In this document: positions 1 to 8,696 of the stretch, one piece after another
Layout: each line of letters begins with the position of its first letter
How positions within the stretch are numbered: position 1 is the first letter of the stretch
Assembly: GCA_963757655.1 (NCBI GenBank)
Contig: CAVWSQ010000001.1
Location: 998,897-1,062,896 of the forward strand
DNA length: 64,000 nt
Direction of reading: 5' to 3'
Source: an uncultured Acidobacteriota bacterium
Lineage (GTDB): Bacteria > Acidobacteriota > Vicinamibacteria > Vicinamibacterales > CAVVIG01
Program-made: the position numbers and the translations under genes
The notes under the pieces: model-generated
The model's database searches: none
Told to the model about the DNA's origin: nothing
Seen by the model: the letters and a program-made list of their open reading frames with translations, nothing else

Positions 1-560
1 GGATGCGCGAAATCGAGCTCGGCGCCGACCCGCTGGATCGCCTGATCGAGGCCGAGACCCGCCTCCACGCTGACCACGAGCAGGTCGAGCGCGTCGGGCA
101 GCCCGAGCCGGATGCGATGCTGGCGGCGCTTGGCGAGGCGGCCGAGCGCCATGCTCGGCAGCAGGTAGCCCAGCGCGCAGCCCACCAGCGCGACGATCAG
201 GTTTGGTTTGACGACGATCGGCGTGGCCAGCAGGAAGAAGATGCCCAGCGCGCACGCCAGCCGGATGCCGAAGAAGACGGCGATCGCTTCGTGATTGCGA
301 TAGCCCGCGGTCACCAGGCGCTGCTGCAGCTTGCCCATCTCCGAGCGCGACTGCGGCGCCATCGCGCCGAATTTCTTCAGCGTTTCGATCATCACCCGGT
401 CGTAGCCGGGGTCGTCGCTGGACGCTTTGACGCGGCGCCCGGTGACCTCACCGAGGCGGCGCTCGATGGTGGCGGATGCGGCCGGCGCAAACGCCATCGC
501 CGCCGCGGCGATGAGCAGCGATCCAAACAAAAATGCCAGCACCGGAAGCAACAGGGCCAC
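1..560 (-). CDS. tadC: Flp pilus assembly inner-membrane protein TadC (GspF family); 3' end runs off the window
   Basis: Not in ORF track (no stop in window). The reverse frame opens with GTG at 560, 2 nt after the tadB stop. It reads VALLLPVLAFLFGSLLIAAAAMAFAPAAS...GKLQQRLVTAGYRNHEAIAVFFGIRLACALG...LPDALDLLVVSVEAGLGLDQAIQRV. Its position after tadB fits tad operon order. Confidence 0.75.
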   Translation of the reverse strand, partial: MALLLPVLAFLFGSLLIAAAAMAFAPAASATIERRLGEVTGRRVKASSDDPGYDRVMIETLKKFGAMAPQSRSEMGKLQQRLVTAGYRNHEAIAVFFGIRLACALGIFFLLATPIVVKPNLIVALVGCALGYLLPSMALGRLAKRRQHRIRLGLPDALDLLVVSVEAGLGLDQAIQRVGAELDFAH

Positions 561-562
561 GG

Positions 563-1543
563 CTACACCTCGATTTTGATGACCTGACGGATCCAGATGA
601 ATCCGATGGTCTGCATCACGATCGCGCCCATCAGCATCATCTGGCCGAGGTGCTCGCGATACATGACCTGCATGTGCTCGGGGTCGATGAAGGTCAAGGC
701 GATCGCCAGCGCCGCCGGCAGCGCCAGCAGCACGTAACCAGTGAAACGACCGTGGGCGGTGTGCACGCGCACCTGGCGGCGGATCTTGAAGCGCTCGCGC
801 ACCACGTGGGCGAGGTTCTCGAGAATCTCCGACAGGTTGCCGCCGGTATCGCGCTGAATCAGCACCGCGGTCACGAAGAAGCGCACGTCGAGGATGCCGA
901 TGCGCGCGGCCATCTCATTGAGGGCGTCGCGCAGCGGCAGGCCGAAGTTCTGCTGATCGAACGTCTTCTTGAACTCGGGTCCAACCGGGTCCGGCAGTTC
1001 CTCGGCGGCCATGCCCAGCGCCGTCTGCAGCGCGTGGCCGGCGCGAATCGCACGCGACATCAGATCGAGGGCTTCCGGGAACTGCTCCTCGAAGCGCTTC
1101 AGGCGCGACGAACGCTTGTGCAGCAGCCAGCCAAACGGCAGGAAGGCGCCGATCGCGGCCGCCGCCAGCGGCGCGAATCGCTGCGGCACGAACATCAGGG
1201 TCAGCATGCCGCTCGCCGCCGCGGCCACCAGGCTGATCAACGCCATCGAGCTCGGCGTGGTCCGCACGCCCGACTGCTCGATGAGCCGGGTCATGTATTT
1301 GCCGGGGCCGGTGCCGGCCACCAGCCGGTCCATCCCTGGCAGCGGGCCTTCGAGCTTGCTCTGGACGACCGAGTCGTCGCCGCCCGCCCTGGCCTCGGCC
1401 GGGCTGGGCTCGCTCGACACATCGCGCAGCCGGCGATCGAGCCGGCGCGCCGCGAAAATCTCGGGCAGCATCGTGACGGCGAAATAGCCGGCGATAATCG
1501 ATCCAGCGACGCCGACGAAGACGAGGACTGCCGGCAACATCAC
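563..1543 (-). CDS. tadB: Flp pilus assembly inner-membrane protein TadB (GspF family)
   Basis: 326-aa ORF with N-terminal TM, GspF-like core ([22 protein letters not shown]) and C-terminal TMs. Its start overlaps the cpaF stop by 4 nt. Confidence 0.85.
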   Translation of the reverse strand: MMLPAVLVFVGVAGSIIAGYFAVTMLPEIFAARRLDRRLRDVSSEPSPAEARAGGDDSVVQSKLEGPLPGMDRLVAGTGPGKYMTRLIEQSGVRTTPSSMALISLVAAAASGMLTLMFVPQRFAPLAAAAIGAFLPFGWLLHKRSSRLKRFEEQFPEALDLMSRAIRAGHALQTALGMAAEELPDPVGPEFKKTFDQQNFGLPLRDALNEMAARIGILDVRFFVTAVLIQRDTGGNLSEILENLAHVVRERFKIRRQVRVHTAHGRFTGYVLLALPAALAIALTFIDPEHMQVMYREHLGQMMLMGAIVMQTIGFIWIRQVIKIEV

Positions 1544-2865
1544 CGCACCTCCGTCACGCCTTCGAACATGTCTGCCGGGAGGTGGATGCCCGACGCCTTC
1601 AGCCGCTCGCAGGCCTTGGGCCGGACGCCGGTCGCGCGGAAGCGGCCGATGACCTTGCCGTCCTGCGTGATGCCCATCTTCTCGAACAGGAAGATCTCCT
1701 GCATCGTGATCACGTCGCCTTCCATGCCGGTGATCTCGGAGATGCTGGTGACCTTGCGCGAACCGTCGCTCAGTCGGGTCTGCTGCACCACCAGCTGAAT
1801 CGCCGACGAGATCTGTTGGCGCATGGCGCGCTCGGGCAGGTTGGTCGCGCCCATCGCGATCATGGTTTCGATACGGGTCAGCGCGTCGCGGGGCGTGTTG
1901 GCGTGCACCGTGGTCAGCGACCCGTCGTGACCGGTATTCATCGCCTGCAGCATGTCGAGCGCTTCTTCGCTGCGCACCTCGCCGACGACGATGCGATCCG
2001 GGCGCATGCGGAGGGCATTGACCATCAGCTGGCGCTGGCGAATCGCACCCTTGCCTTCGACGTTGGGCGGCCGGGTCTCGAGCCGCACCACGTGTTCCTG
2101 GTGGAGCTGAAGCTCGGCGGCGTCTTCGATGGTGACGATGCGTTCGCGTTCGGAGATGAAACTGGAGAGGACGTTGAGCAGCGTGGTCTTGCCGGCGCCG
2201 GTGCCGCCGCTGATGAGCGCGTTGAGCCGCGCCTTCACGCAGTGCGACAGGAACTCGAGCATCGGCTTGGTGAGGGCGCGCAGGGTGACGAGGTCCTCGG
2301 CCCTCAGCCGCTCGGCCGGAAAGCGGCGGATCGAGAGCAGCGGGCCATCGACCGCCAGCGGCGGAATGATCGCGTTGACACGCGAGCCATCGGGCAGCCG
2401 GGCATCGACCATCGGCGAGCTGTCGTCGACGCGCCGCCCGACCGCGCTGACGATCCGATCGATCACGCGCATCAGGTGGCGATCGTCCTGGAAGTTGGCC
2501 GACACCTTCTCGAGCACGCCGCCGCGCTCGACGAACACGTTCTTGCAGGTATTGACCAGGATGTCGCTGATCGACGGGTCGCGCAGCAGCGGCTCCAGCG
2601 GTCCCAGTCCGAACACGTCGTCCAGCAGCTCGACAAACAGGGTTTCACGCTCGCCGAGGCTGAGCGGCGTCCCCTCCTCGGCCAGCAGCTCGCCGAGCAG
2701 CGTGCGAATCTCGCTCTCGGCGCGGGCGCGATCCGACTGCGCCAGCGCCTCGAGGTTGAGGCGGTTGAGCAGCTTCTTGTGAACCCCAGCCTTCAGCTCC
2801 AGATAGCCGGGGCGCACCGGCTGCAGGCGGGGCGTGGGCAACGATGCGGAGGCGACACTGTGCAT
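1540..2865 (-). CDS. cpaF: Tad pilus secretion ATPase CpaF/TadA
   Basis: Walker [44 protein letters not shown] (VirB11/GspE-type Asp and His boxes), 441 aa. Confidence 0.95.
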   Translation of the reverse strand: MHSVASASLPTPRLQPVRPGYLELKAGVHKKLLNRLNLEALAQSDRARAESEIRTLLGELLAEEGTPLSLGERETLFVELLDDVFGLGPLEPLLRDPSISDILVNTCKNVFVERGGVLEKVSANFQDDRHLMRVIDRIVSAVGRRVDDSSPMVDARLPDGSRVNAIIPPLAVDGPLLSIRRFPAERLRAEDLVTLRALTKPMLEFLSHCVKARLNALISGGTGAGKTTLLNVLSSFISERERIVTIEDAAELQLHQEHVVRLETRPPNVEGKGAIRQRQLMVNALRMRPDRIVVGEVRSEEALDMLQAMNTGHDGSLTTVHANTPRDALTRIETMIAMGATNLPERAMRQQISSAIQLVVQQTRLSDGSRKVTSISEITGMEGDVITMQEIFLFEKMGITQDGKVIGRFRATGVRPKACERLKASGIHLPADMFEGVTEVR

Positions 2866-2871
2866 GGGTGG

Positions 2872-4059
2872 TTACCAGACCGAGGCGATGCCGGCCGTCA
2901 GGCGAGCGAGACCCGGGAGCGTGCGCTTCGCCGCCGGTGCCATCGCCACGGCGACGTCCGGCTCGAGAATCTGCCGCGAGAAATGATCGAACTGGGTCGC
3001 AATGTCGGAGTTGCCGGTGAGGGCCAGCGGCACGCCCGAGTTGAGCGCGGTCGACACCGTCTTGTAGTCGCTCGGGAACGTGTGATGAATCGGATGGCCG
3101 AGCGCGCCTTCGATCTGCTTGGGAGGAATCGGATACGGCTCCTGGGCGCGGTTGAGCAGCACGCGGACGCGCTCGCCGCAGGCACCCAGCTGACGCACCC
3201 GATCGAGCAGCCGCTGCGAATTGCGGATCGACGGCACATCGGGGTTGGCCACCAGGAAGATCGTGTCGGCGGTATACAAGGCCGCCACGGTGCACGAATT
3301 GATCTGGCTGCCGCAGTCGACCAGGATGTATTCGTACTGCCGCGCCAGCAGGCGGAACAGCTCCTCGATCGCGCCGCCGTCGGCCGCACCGGGCCGGTCG
3401 AACTGATCGGATCCGGCCAGGATCTCCAGGCCGGACTTGTGCTTCACCACGAGCTCCTTCAGGAACTCGCGATCGAGGCGATGCAGGTTGTCGATGGCGT
3501 CGAGCAGGCTGTAGCGCGGCCGCATGCCGAGGAACAGCGCCACCTCGCCAAGGCCCGGCTTGAGGTCGACGATCACCGTCGAGCGCTTGCTCAGGCGCGC
3601 CAGATCCACGCCGCAATTCACCGAGACCGTCGTCGTGCCGGCGCCGCCCTTGGCGCCGAAGAAGACCAGGGTCGTGGCCGAGGCGCGCGCGCCCTGCGCG
3701 GTTTCGCGGCGGCCGGCGGTGCGCCGAACCGCGCCGTGGAACGATTCCTCCTCGGGCGGCCAGGTGAAGAACTCATTCGCCCCGGCTCGCATCGACTGCA
3801 GGATCAGCTCCGGATCGGCGGCGGTGGCGACGGCAAAGATGCCGGCGCCCGGCGCCCCCGCGCGCAGCCGCTCGATGCTCGACATCGACGAAGAGGCGTC
3901 GCCGCGCGTGTCGACGATGACGAGGTCCGGCGGCGTCGCGTCGCGCGCGGCGCGGTCGTCGAGCACGCTGACCGGAATCGCGCCGACGCGAAGCAGTCGC
4001 GCGAAATGCTTCTTGAACGCGTCGTCTTCAGAAACGATGAGGCCTACGAGTTGTGCCAT
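2872..4059 (-). CDS. tadZ: TadZ/CpaE: receiver-like N-domain fused to a MinD/ParA-type ATPase
   Basis: N-terminal REC-like segment (LIVSEDD...PDLVIVDTRGD) followed by deviant Walker A FGAKGGAGTTTVSVN. Located between the secretin gene and cpaF. Confidence 0.85.
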   Translation of the reverse strand: MAQLVGLIVSEDDAFKKHFARLLRVGAIPVSVLDDRAARDATPPDLVIVDTRGDASSSMSSIERLRAGAPGAGIFAVATAADPELILQSMRAGANEFFTWPPEEESFHGAVRRTAGRRETAQGARASATTLVFFGAKGGAGTTTVSVNCGVDLARLSKRSTVIVDLKPGLGEVALFLGMRPRYSLLDAIDNLHRLDREFLKELVVKHKSGLEILAGSDQFDRPGAADGGAIEELFRLLARQYEYILVDCGSQINSCTVAALYTADTIFLVANPDVPSIRNSQRLLDRVRQLGACGERVRVLLNRAQEPYPIPPKQIEGALGHPIHHTFPSDYKTVSTALNSGVPLALTGNSDIATQFDHFSRQILEPDVAVAMAPAAKRTLPGLARLTAGIASVW

Positions 4060-4064
4060 GGCTG

Positions 4065-5945
4065 CTACTTCTGATTCCGCGCGATCTCGGCCTGGTAGCG
4101 GGCGTCGGCTTCCTTGGACTTGGCCGCCGCTTCGTCGAGCGCCTTCTGATGGCTGCGTTCCGCCTCGGCCTGCTTCTTCGCCCGATCGGCGGCCGACCTG
4201 GCAGCCTCCGCGTCGGCCTTGGCCTGGCGCTTCGCCATCTCGGCCGCCGCCTTGGCGGCTTCGACGTCGTGCTTGGCCTGCTCGCGCGCGGCCTTGGCCT
4301 GTTGTTCCTGCTCGGCTTTCTCCCTCTTGCGGTTGGCCTCGTCCTGCTTCTTGCGCTGCTTCGCGCTGAGCGGCTGGGCCGAGTCGCCCGGCTGCTGCGT
4401 GGCGTCGAGCACGTGCTGCTCGTCGGCCTTCAACTGGTTCGGCGCCGGCGCGGAGGAGGCGGCGCCGCTCGGCGGCACGACCACCACCGGCGGATGCGGC
4501 GGATTCAGGATCGCCGCCGCGGCCGCTGGCGAATTCGCCGCAGGCGGTGCCGCCGCCGGCGCGGGTGCCGGCGCTGCCGCGACTGCGGGCGCCGCCGTGA
4601 TCGGCATCGCGGCGCTGGTGCGTGCCGGCGTAAAGGCGGGTGGCAGCGGCTCGACCGTCTTCTTGTCTGGCAGCGGCTGGAGGAACGGCTCCGGCGTGCG
4701 CGGCAGCGTGTTGGTTACGCCCGTGGAGTTGCGGGCGAGAATCTGCGGCGTGATCATCACGACCAGCTCGGTCTGATCCTTGTTGGCCGCCTTGCTCTTG
4801 AACAGCAGGCCGAGGATCGGAATATCGCCGATGCCGGGAATCTTCTGTAGCGTCGAGTTCATCGAGTTGTTGATCAGCCCGGCGATGGCGAACGTCTGCC
4901 CGTCGAGCAGGTCCACTTCGGTCTCGGTGCGCCGGGTGCTCAGGGCCGGGATCCGGAACCCGTTGAGCAGCACGCCGTTGGCGAAGTCCAGCGTGCTGAC
5001 CTCGGGCCGCACCTTCAGGTGGACACGGTCACCGTGAATCACCGGCGTGAAGTTCAGGCGGACGCCGAACTCCTTGTAGGCCACCGAGATCGCCAGAGTT
5101 GCACCCGATCCCTGCGCGATCGGCACCGGGAACTCGCCGCCGGCGAGGAAGCTCGCTTCCTTGCCGCTCTCGGCGACGACATTGGGCTCGGCCAGGCTCT
5201 GGAACTGCCCCTTCGACTGGAGCGCCTGAATCACGGCGCCGAGCTGGTGCTTCGAGTCGAAGAGAAAGAGGTTCAGGAAGTCGCTGAAGACCAGCTTCTC
5301 GCGCGACGGGTCGGAATTGTCGAACACCGGAGCGGGCGTCGAGGTGGTCGAGCGCGCCAGAACGTCCTTGTAGCCGTTGGCGCCGGTGAACAATGAGGCG
5401 CCCAGGTTGGTGATCGCGCTGCGGGTGACTTCGGCGAAGCGGACCCGGAGCAGCACCTGGTTGCTGGCGGTGCTTTCCTGGATGCGCAGCATGTTGACGA
5501 CTTCGTCAGCCTTGTCGACATAGCCGCCGGCGACGCTGCTCGCCTTGTCGAAGATCTCCTTGTTGGTCACCAGGCCCGATAGGACGATGCCCTTGCCGCT
5601 GCTCTGCGCCTCGATCGCTTCGCCCGGAAACAGGCGTTTCATCTGGTCGTTGAGGTGCGCCAGGTCGCGCTGCACCACGACCTCGTAGCGGTGCAGGCCG
5701 CCGGTGCGCTCCCACACGTACATCGAGATGGTGCCCGGCATCTTGCCGTTGATCAGCAGCTGGTTGGACGAGGTGACCACGGCGTCGGCGATGTCCGCGC
5801 TGGTGAGCGACACGCGCGCGATGGCGCTGCCGACGTCGACGATCGTCGAGCGGCCGACCAGCAGCTTGACCGGGGCGGCGTCGTCGGCGTACACGAAACG
5901 CGGCGCCGCCACCGCAATCAGGAGGATGAGAACGAATTTACGCAT
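4065..5945 (-). CDS. cpaC: Tad secretin CpaC/RcpA with a long low-complexity C-terminal extension
   Basis: Signal peptide MRKFVLILLIAVAAPRFVYA. The ORF-track start at 5987 overlaps cpaB, so ATG at 5945 is preferred. Secretin core (LLRVRFAEVTRSA..., GQTFAIAGLI..., PILGLLFKS...ELVVMITPQI). About 220 aa Pro/Ala then Lys/Ala/Glu-rich tail. Confidence 0.9.
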   Translation of the reverse strand: MRKFVLILLIAVAAPRFVYADDAAPVKLLVGRSTIVDVGSAIARVSLTSADIADAVVTSSNQLLINGKMPGTISMYVWERTGGLHRYEVVVQRDLAHLNDQMKRLFPGEAIEAQSSGKGIVLSGLVTNKEIFDKASSVAGGYVDKADEVVNMLRIQESTASNQVLLRVRFAEVTRSAITNLGASLFTGANGYKDVLARSTTSTPAPVFDNSDPSREKLVFSDFLNLFLFDSKHQLGAVIQALQSKGQFQSLAEPNVVAESGKEASFLAGGEFPVPIAQGSGATLAISVAYKEFGVRLNFTPVIHGDRVHLKVRPEVSTLDFANGVLLNGFRIPALSTRRTETEVDLLDGQTFAIAGLINNSMNSTLQKIPGIGDIPILGLLFKSKAANKDQTELVVMITPQILARNSTGVTNTLPRTPEPFLQPLPDKKTVEPLPPAFTPARTSAAMPITAAPAVAAAPAPAPAAAPPAANSPAAAAAILNPPHPPVVVVPPSGAASSAPAPNQLKADEQHVLDATQQPGDSAQPLSAKQRKKQDEANRKREKAEQEQQAKAAREQAKHDVEAAKAAAEMAKRQAKADAEAARSAADRAKKQAEAERSHQKALDEAAAKSKEADARYQAEIARNQK

Positions 5946-5946
5946 G

Positions 5947-6816
5947 CTACTGCTCCTCGCGCACGACTTCGTGCGCGCGCTTGTCACCGCGGATGATCTC
6001 GACCGTCGGCAGTTCCGGTATCGGTGCCAGCACGACGGGTTTCACGGCCGAAGGACCGGCCGACGCTACGCGGGTCCGGGCCACCGCGGTTCTGGTCGCC
6101 ACGCCGTAGCCGAACAGCGCCGCCGGGCGCACGCCGGGGGTGGCGGGGATGGTCTTGTCGAGCGGGTTGCGCAGGGCGAGTTGAATCTTGCCTTCGGTGC
6201 TGGCCAGCGTCAGCCGCTCCGCCTCTTCGGGATTGACCAGCATGGTCACGACGCTCACCGGCATCGGCTTGTTCTTGTCCGTCTCACGGTCGATCTTCGT
6301 GCCGGCGGCGAGCACCTGCACGTTGGTGAGAATCACTTTGGTGGTCATGTCGGCGCCGTTGCCGGTCGGGCTCGCCGTGGCGACGACGTCGACGCGGGTG
6401 CCGGGCAGCACGTAACCGGCCACGCCGATCACTTCGTTGACCTTGACCGAGACGGCGCGCAGGCCGGGCGGAATCACCGGCGGCAGGCCGGCGCCCGCCT
6501 CCTTCGATGCCAGCTTCATCGGCAGGAACGGCTCGTTCTCGATTACCGGCAGGATCAGGCCGCGGCCGATCACATCCTTGGGATCGCTGATGGAGTTGGC
6601 CGGCACTGCGTTGGCGGGCCAGTCGATGATGCGGATGTCCTCGCGCCGCAGCTCGGCGCCGATGTCGAGGTCGGACGCGGCAACGACGACCGGGCGGGTC
6701 GGGATGGACGTGTTCTTGGCCGGCAGCCGCTGCATGTAGTTGTACGTGCCGAAGGCGAGCGCACCTCCCGCAGTCATTGCCAGCACGAACACCATGAATA
6801 CACGCATGCGAGCCAT
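5947..6816 (-). CDS. cpaB: Flp pilus assembly protein CpaB/RcpC
   Basis: N-terminal TM (VFMVFVLAMTAGGALAF) and SAF-like segment (VVVAASDLDIGAELRREDI). Located between the prepilin peptidase and secretin genes. Confidence 0.85.
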   Translation of the reverse strand: MARMRVFMVFVLAMTAGGALAFGTYNYMQRLPAKNTSIPTRPVVVAASDLDIGAELRREDIRIIDWPANAVPANSISDPKDVIGRGLILPVIENEPFLPMKLASKEAGAGLPPVIPPGLRAVSVKVNEVIGVAGYVLPGTRVDVVATASPTGNGADMTTKVILTNVQVLAAGTKIDRETDKNKPMPVSVVTMLVNPEEAERLTLASTEGKIQLALRNPLDKTIPATPGVRPAALFGYGVATRTAVARTRVASAGPSAVKPVVLAPIPELPTVEIIRGDKRAHEVVREEQ

Positions 6817-6842
6817 AGATCAGGTTCCTCGTTGAGCGATTG

Positions 6843-7361
6843 TCAGAATCCCAGCGCGGCCAGCATGGTGCCGACGGCGATGGCCGGGGCGTAGGCGAAC
6901 CGGTTGTGCTCGAGCGGGCTCTCGATTGCCGGAGCGTTGCCGCCCACGGTTGCAATCAACAGCGCGGTGCCGCCCACGGTCTGCCGCAGGCGGCGCCTCA
7001 TGAGCGAGATGACGATGGCGATGCCGCCGCCGGCCAGCGCGGTATAGATGAAGGCGGTCAGGATGTGGGCGGGGCCGACGAACGCGCCCGCGGCCGCAAA
7101 CAGCTTGACGTCGCCGGCGCCTGTGGCGCCAATGAGATGTCCCGGCAGCATCAACGCCAGACCGAGCCCGAGGCCGGCCAGCGAAGCGCCGAGTGACAGA
7201 CTGCCAATCCCGATCCCGCACGCGGCGTAAGCGACGCCGGTCGCCGCCAGTCCCATGGTCAGCGGATTGGGGACGCGGCGGGTACGCAAGTCGATCGCCG
7301 CACCCGCGCCGGTGCCGGCGACGATGGTGGCGATGGCGATGAAATCAGATGGCCTGACCAA
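6843..7361 (-). CDS. tadV: A24-family prepilin peptidase TadV/CpaA
   Basis: Two catalytic-Asp motifs: AAIDLRTRRVPN and GAGDVKLFAAAG. The ORF-track start (7409) overlaps the flp3 gene. In-frame TTG at 7361 is proposed; the start is uncertain. Confidence 0.8.
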   Translation of the reverse strand: MVRPSDFIAIATIVAGTGAGAAIDLRTRRVPNPLTMGLAATGVAYAACGIGIGSLSLGASLAGLGLGLALMLPGHLIGATGAGDVKLFAAAGAFVGPAHILTAFIYTALAGGGIAIVISLMRRRLRQTVGGTALLIATVGGNAPAIESPLEHNRFAYAPAIAVGTMLAALGF

Positions 7362-7518
7362 TTTGCACCCAGAAGACGTTGTAAATCGTGTTGCCGAGAG
7401 AGGAGACACCGACCATCGCGACGATGGCGATCAACGCCGCCAGCAATCCGTATTCGATCAGGTCCTGACCGGTCTCGCTCGAGACCAACCGTGTGATTGC
7501 TGCCTTCAGGTGCGCCAT
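7345..7518 (-). CDS. flp: Flp-family type IVb pilin, divergent third paralogue (57 aa)
   Basis: Below the ORF-track cutoff. My translation: MAHLKAAITRLVSSETGQDLIEYGLLAALIAIVAMVGVSSLGNTIYNVFWVQIGQAI. It has the Flp motif G/QDLIEYGLLAALIA. Confidence 0.7.
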   Translation of the reverse strand: MAHLKAAITRLVSSETGQDLIEYGLLAALIAIVAMVGVSSLGNTIYNVFWVQIGQAI

Positions 7519-7536
7519 GACGTGTCCCTTTCGATG

Positions 7537-7564
7537 ACGGGAGCGGAGCCGTCCCCGCTCCCGT
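7537..7564 (-). terminator. 10-bp GC-rich hairpin between flp1 and flp3 (possible attenuator or partial terminator)
   Basis: ACGGGAGCGG (7537-7546) pairs perfectly with CCGCTCCCGT (7555-7564), with an 8-nt loop. No clear U-tract. Confidence 0.45.
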
Positions 7565-7582
7565 TCCGGTTCCAGGCCCTCG

Positions 7583-7762
7583 TTACGCCGCGGCGTTGAG
7601 AGAGGTGCCGATGTTGTCGAAGATCGTCTTCACGGCCGAACCGGCCGTGCCGATCACGGTGACCGAGACCAGCGCGATCAGCGCGACGAGCAACGCGTAC
7701 TCGAGCAGATCCTGGCCTTCGTCAGCGAGCGTGAACTTCTTGAGGCGGGCGATGAATTCCAT
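7583..7762 (-). CDS. flp: Flp-family pilin (59 aa), copy 1
   Basis: MEFIARLKKFTLADEGQDLLEYALLVALIALVSVTVIGTAGSAVKTIFDNIGTSLNAAA, with Flp motif G/QDLLEYALLVALIAL. The ORF-track version (to 7828) has a spurious N-terminal extension. Confidence 0.85.
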   Translation of the reverse strand: MEFIARLKKFTLADEGQDLLEYALLVALIALVSVTVIGTAGSAVKTIFDNIGTSLNAAA

Positions 7763-7850
7763 GTGCGTTCTCTCCAGCGGACTCACTGACGCGAAGCCGC
7801 ATGTTGCCAAAGCGGTGATGCCTGTCATCAGGTCGGTCCGCAGACCCTGG

Positions 7851-8030
7851 TTACGCCGCGGCGTTGAGAGAGGTGCCGATATTGGTGAAGATTGTCTTGA
7901 CGGCCGAACCGGCCGTGCCGATCACGGTGACCGAGACCAGCGCGATCAGCGCGACGAGCAACGCGTACTCGAGCAGGTCCTGACCCTCGTCGGCGAGCGC
8001 GAACTTCTTGAGGCGGGCGATGAATTCCAT
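7851..8030 (-). CDS. flp: Flp-family pilin (59 aa), copy 2; tandem duplicate of copy 1
   Basis: Not in ORF track (59 aa). My translation: MEFIARLKKFALADEGQDLLEYALLVALIALVSVTVIGTAGSAVKTIFTNIGTSLNAAA. It differs from copy 1 at 2 residues. Confidence 0.85.
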   Translation of the reverse strand: MEFIARLKKFALADEGQDLLEYALLVALIALVSVTVIGTAGSAVKTIFTNIGTSLNAAA

Positions 8031-8423
8031 GTGCGTTTCTCCAGCGCGTTCAGTGACGCGCGCAGCCGGGTGTGCGAAAAGCGGTCACGGTGAAACCGGC
8101 GACCGCGTGACGCATGATGAAAACGCAACGCGTGTGCCACGCATCTGCACGACCCGGCGCCCACGCGGCGCAAACCACCGAACGGTGGTGCGGTTAGCGG
8201 CGATCGCGGTGTCGCAATCCGCAGTGCGATCGGCCGGCGCCGCCCCCGACCTGATTCAGCACATTCGTAACGTCGCGGCTGAATTTCGTTCGAAGAGCCG
8301 TGTGACAAAACGGGACGCCGGGCCCCGGCGGCCGGACGACCGCGAGAATGCGCCGCAATCCCGGGGAAACAACTGTGATCCCGTCAGAGCGGAGGGCGGA
8401 ACGGCATTTGCGAGAGAGACGGC

Positions 8424-8696
8424 ATGCGACGCGCATTTCGCGAGGCGCTGATGTCGGCGGGGACTGTCCTCATCCTGCTGCTGGTGCTGATCGCCTACGA
8501 CGACCGCGTCCGCGATCATGTCTCGCGGCGGATCGTGGCGCACCCGTCAGCGGAGCTGGCGAGCGTGGGGCGTCAGGCGAGCGATTTCGCGACCGTGATC
8601 GTGCAGGCAGCGCGGAGTCAGAGCATCGGACACGCGCCGCTGCTGATCTTCACGCTGGCCGCTGCGGTGCTCGTGCTGTTCATGCTGCGGACGTAA
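8424..8696 (+). CDS. Small membrane protein, unknown function
   Basis: 90-aa ORF with two hydrophobic helices (GTVLILLLVLIAY; LLIFTLAAAVLVLFML). Its TAA stop directly abuts the ATG of the next gene. Confidence 0.5.
   Translation: MRRAFREALMSAGTVLILLLVLIAYDDRVRDHVSRRIVAHPSAELASVGRQASDFATVIVQAARSQSIGHAPLLIFTLAAAVLVLFMLRT

Larger units (their letters stand above)
7577..8084. repeat. Tandem duplication (period 268 bp) carrying flp plus its 5' leader and 3' flank
   Basis: 7583-7762 and 7851-8030 are near-identical. Similarity extends into the leaders (gtgcgtt(c)tctccagcg...aaagcggt) and 3' flanks (ccct[c/g]gttacgccgcggcg). Confidence 0.85.

Noticed and set aside
7790-7810. Sigma-54-like TTGGCAACATGCGGCTT in the flp1 leader.
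   Set aside because: The GG-N9-GC spacing is off by one. The duplicated flp2 leader does not conserve the GG (TCGCAC).
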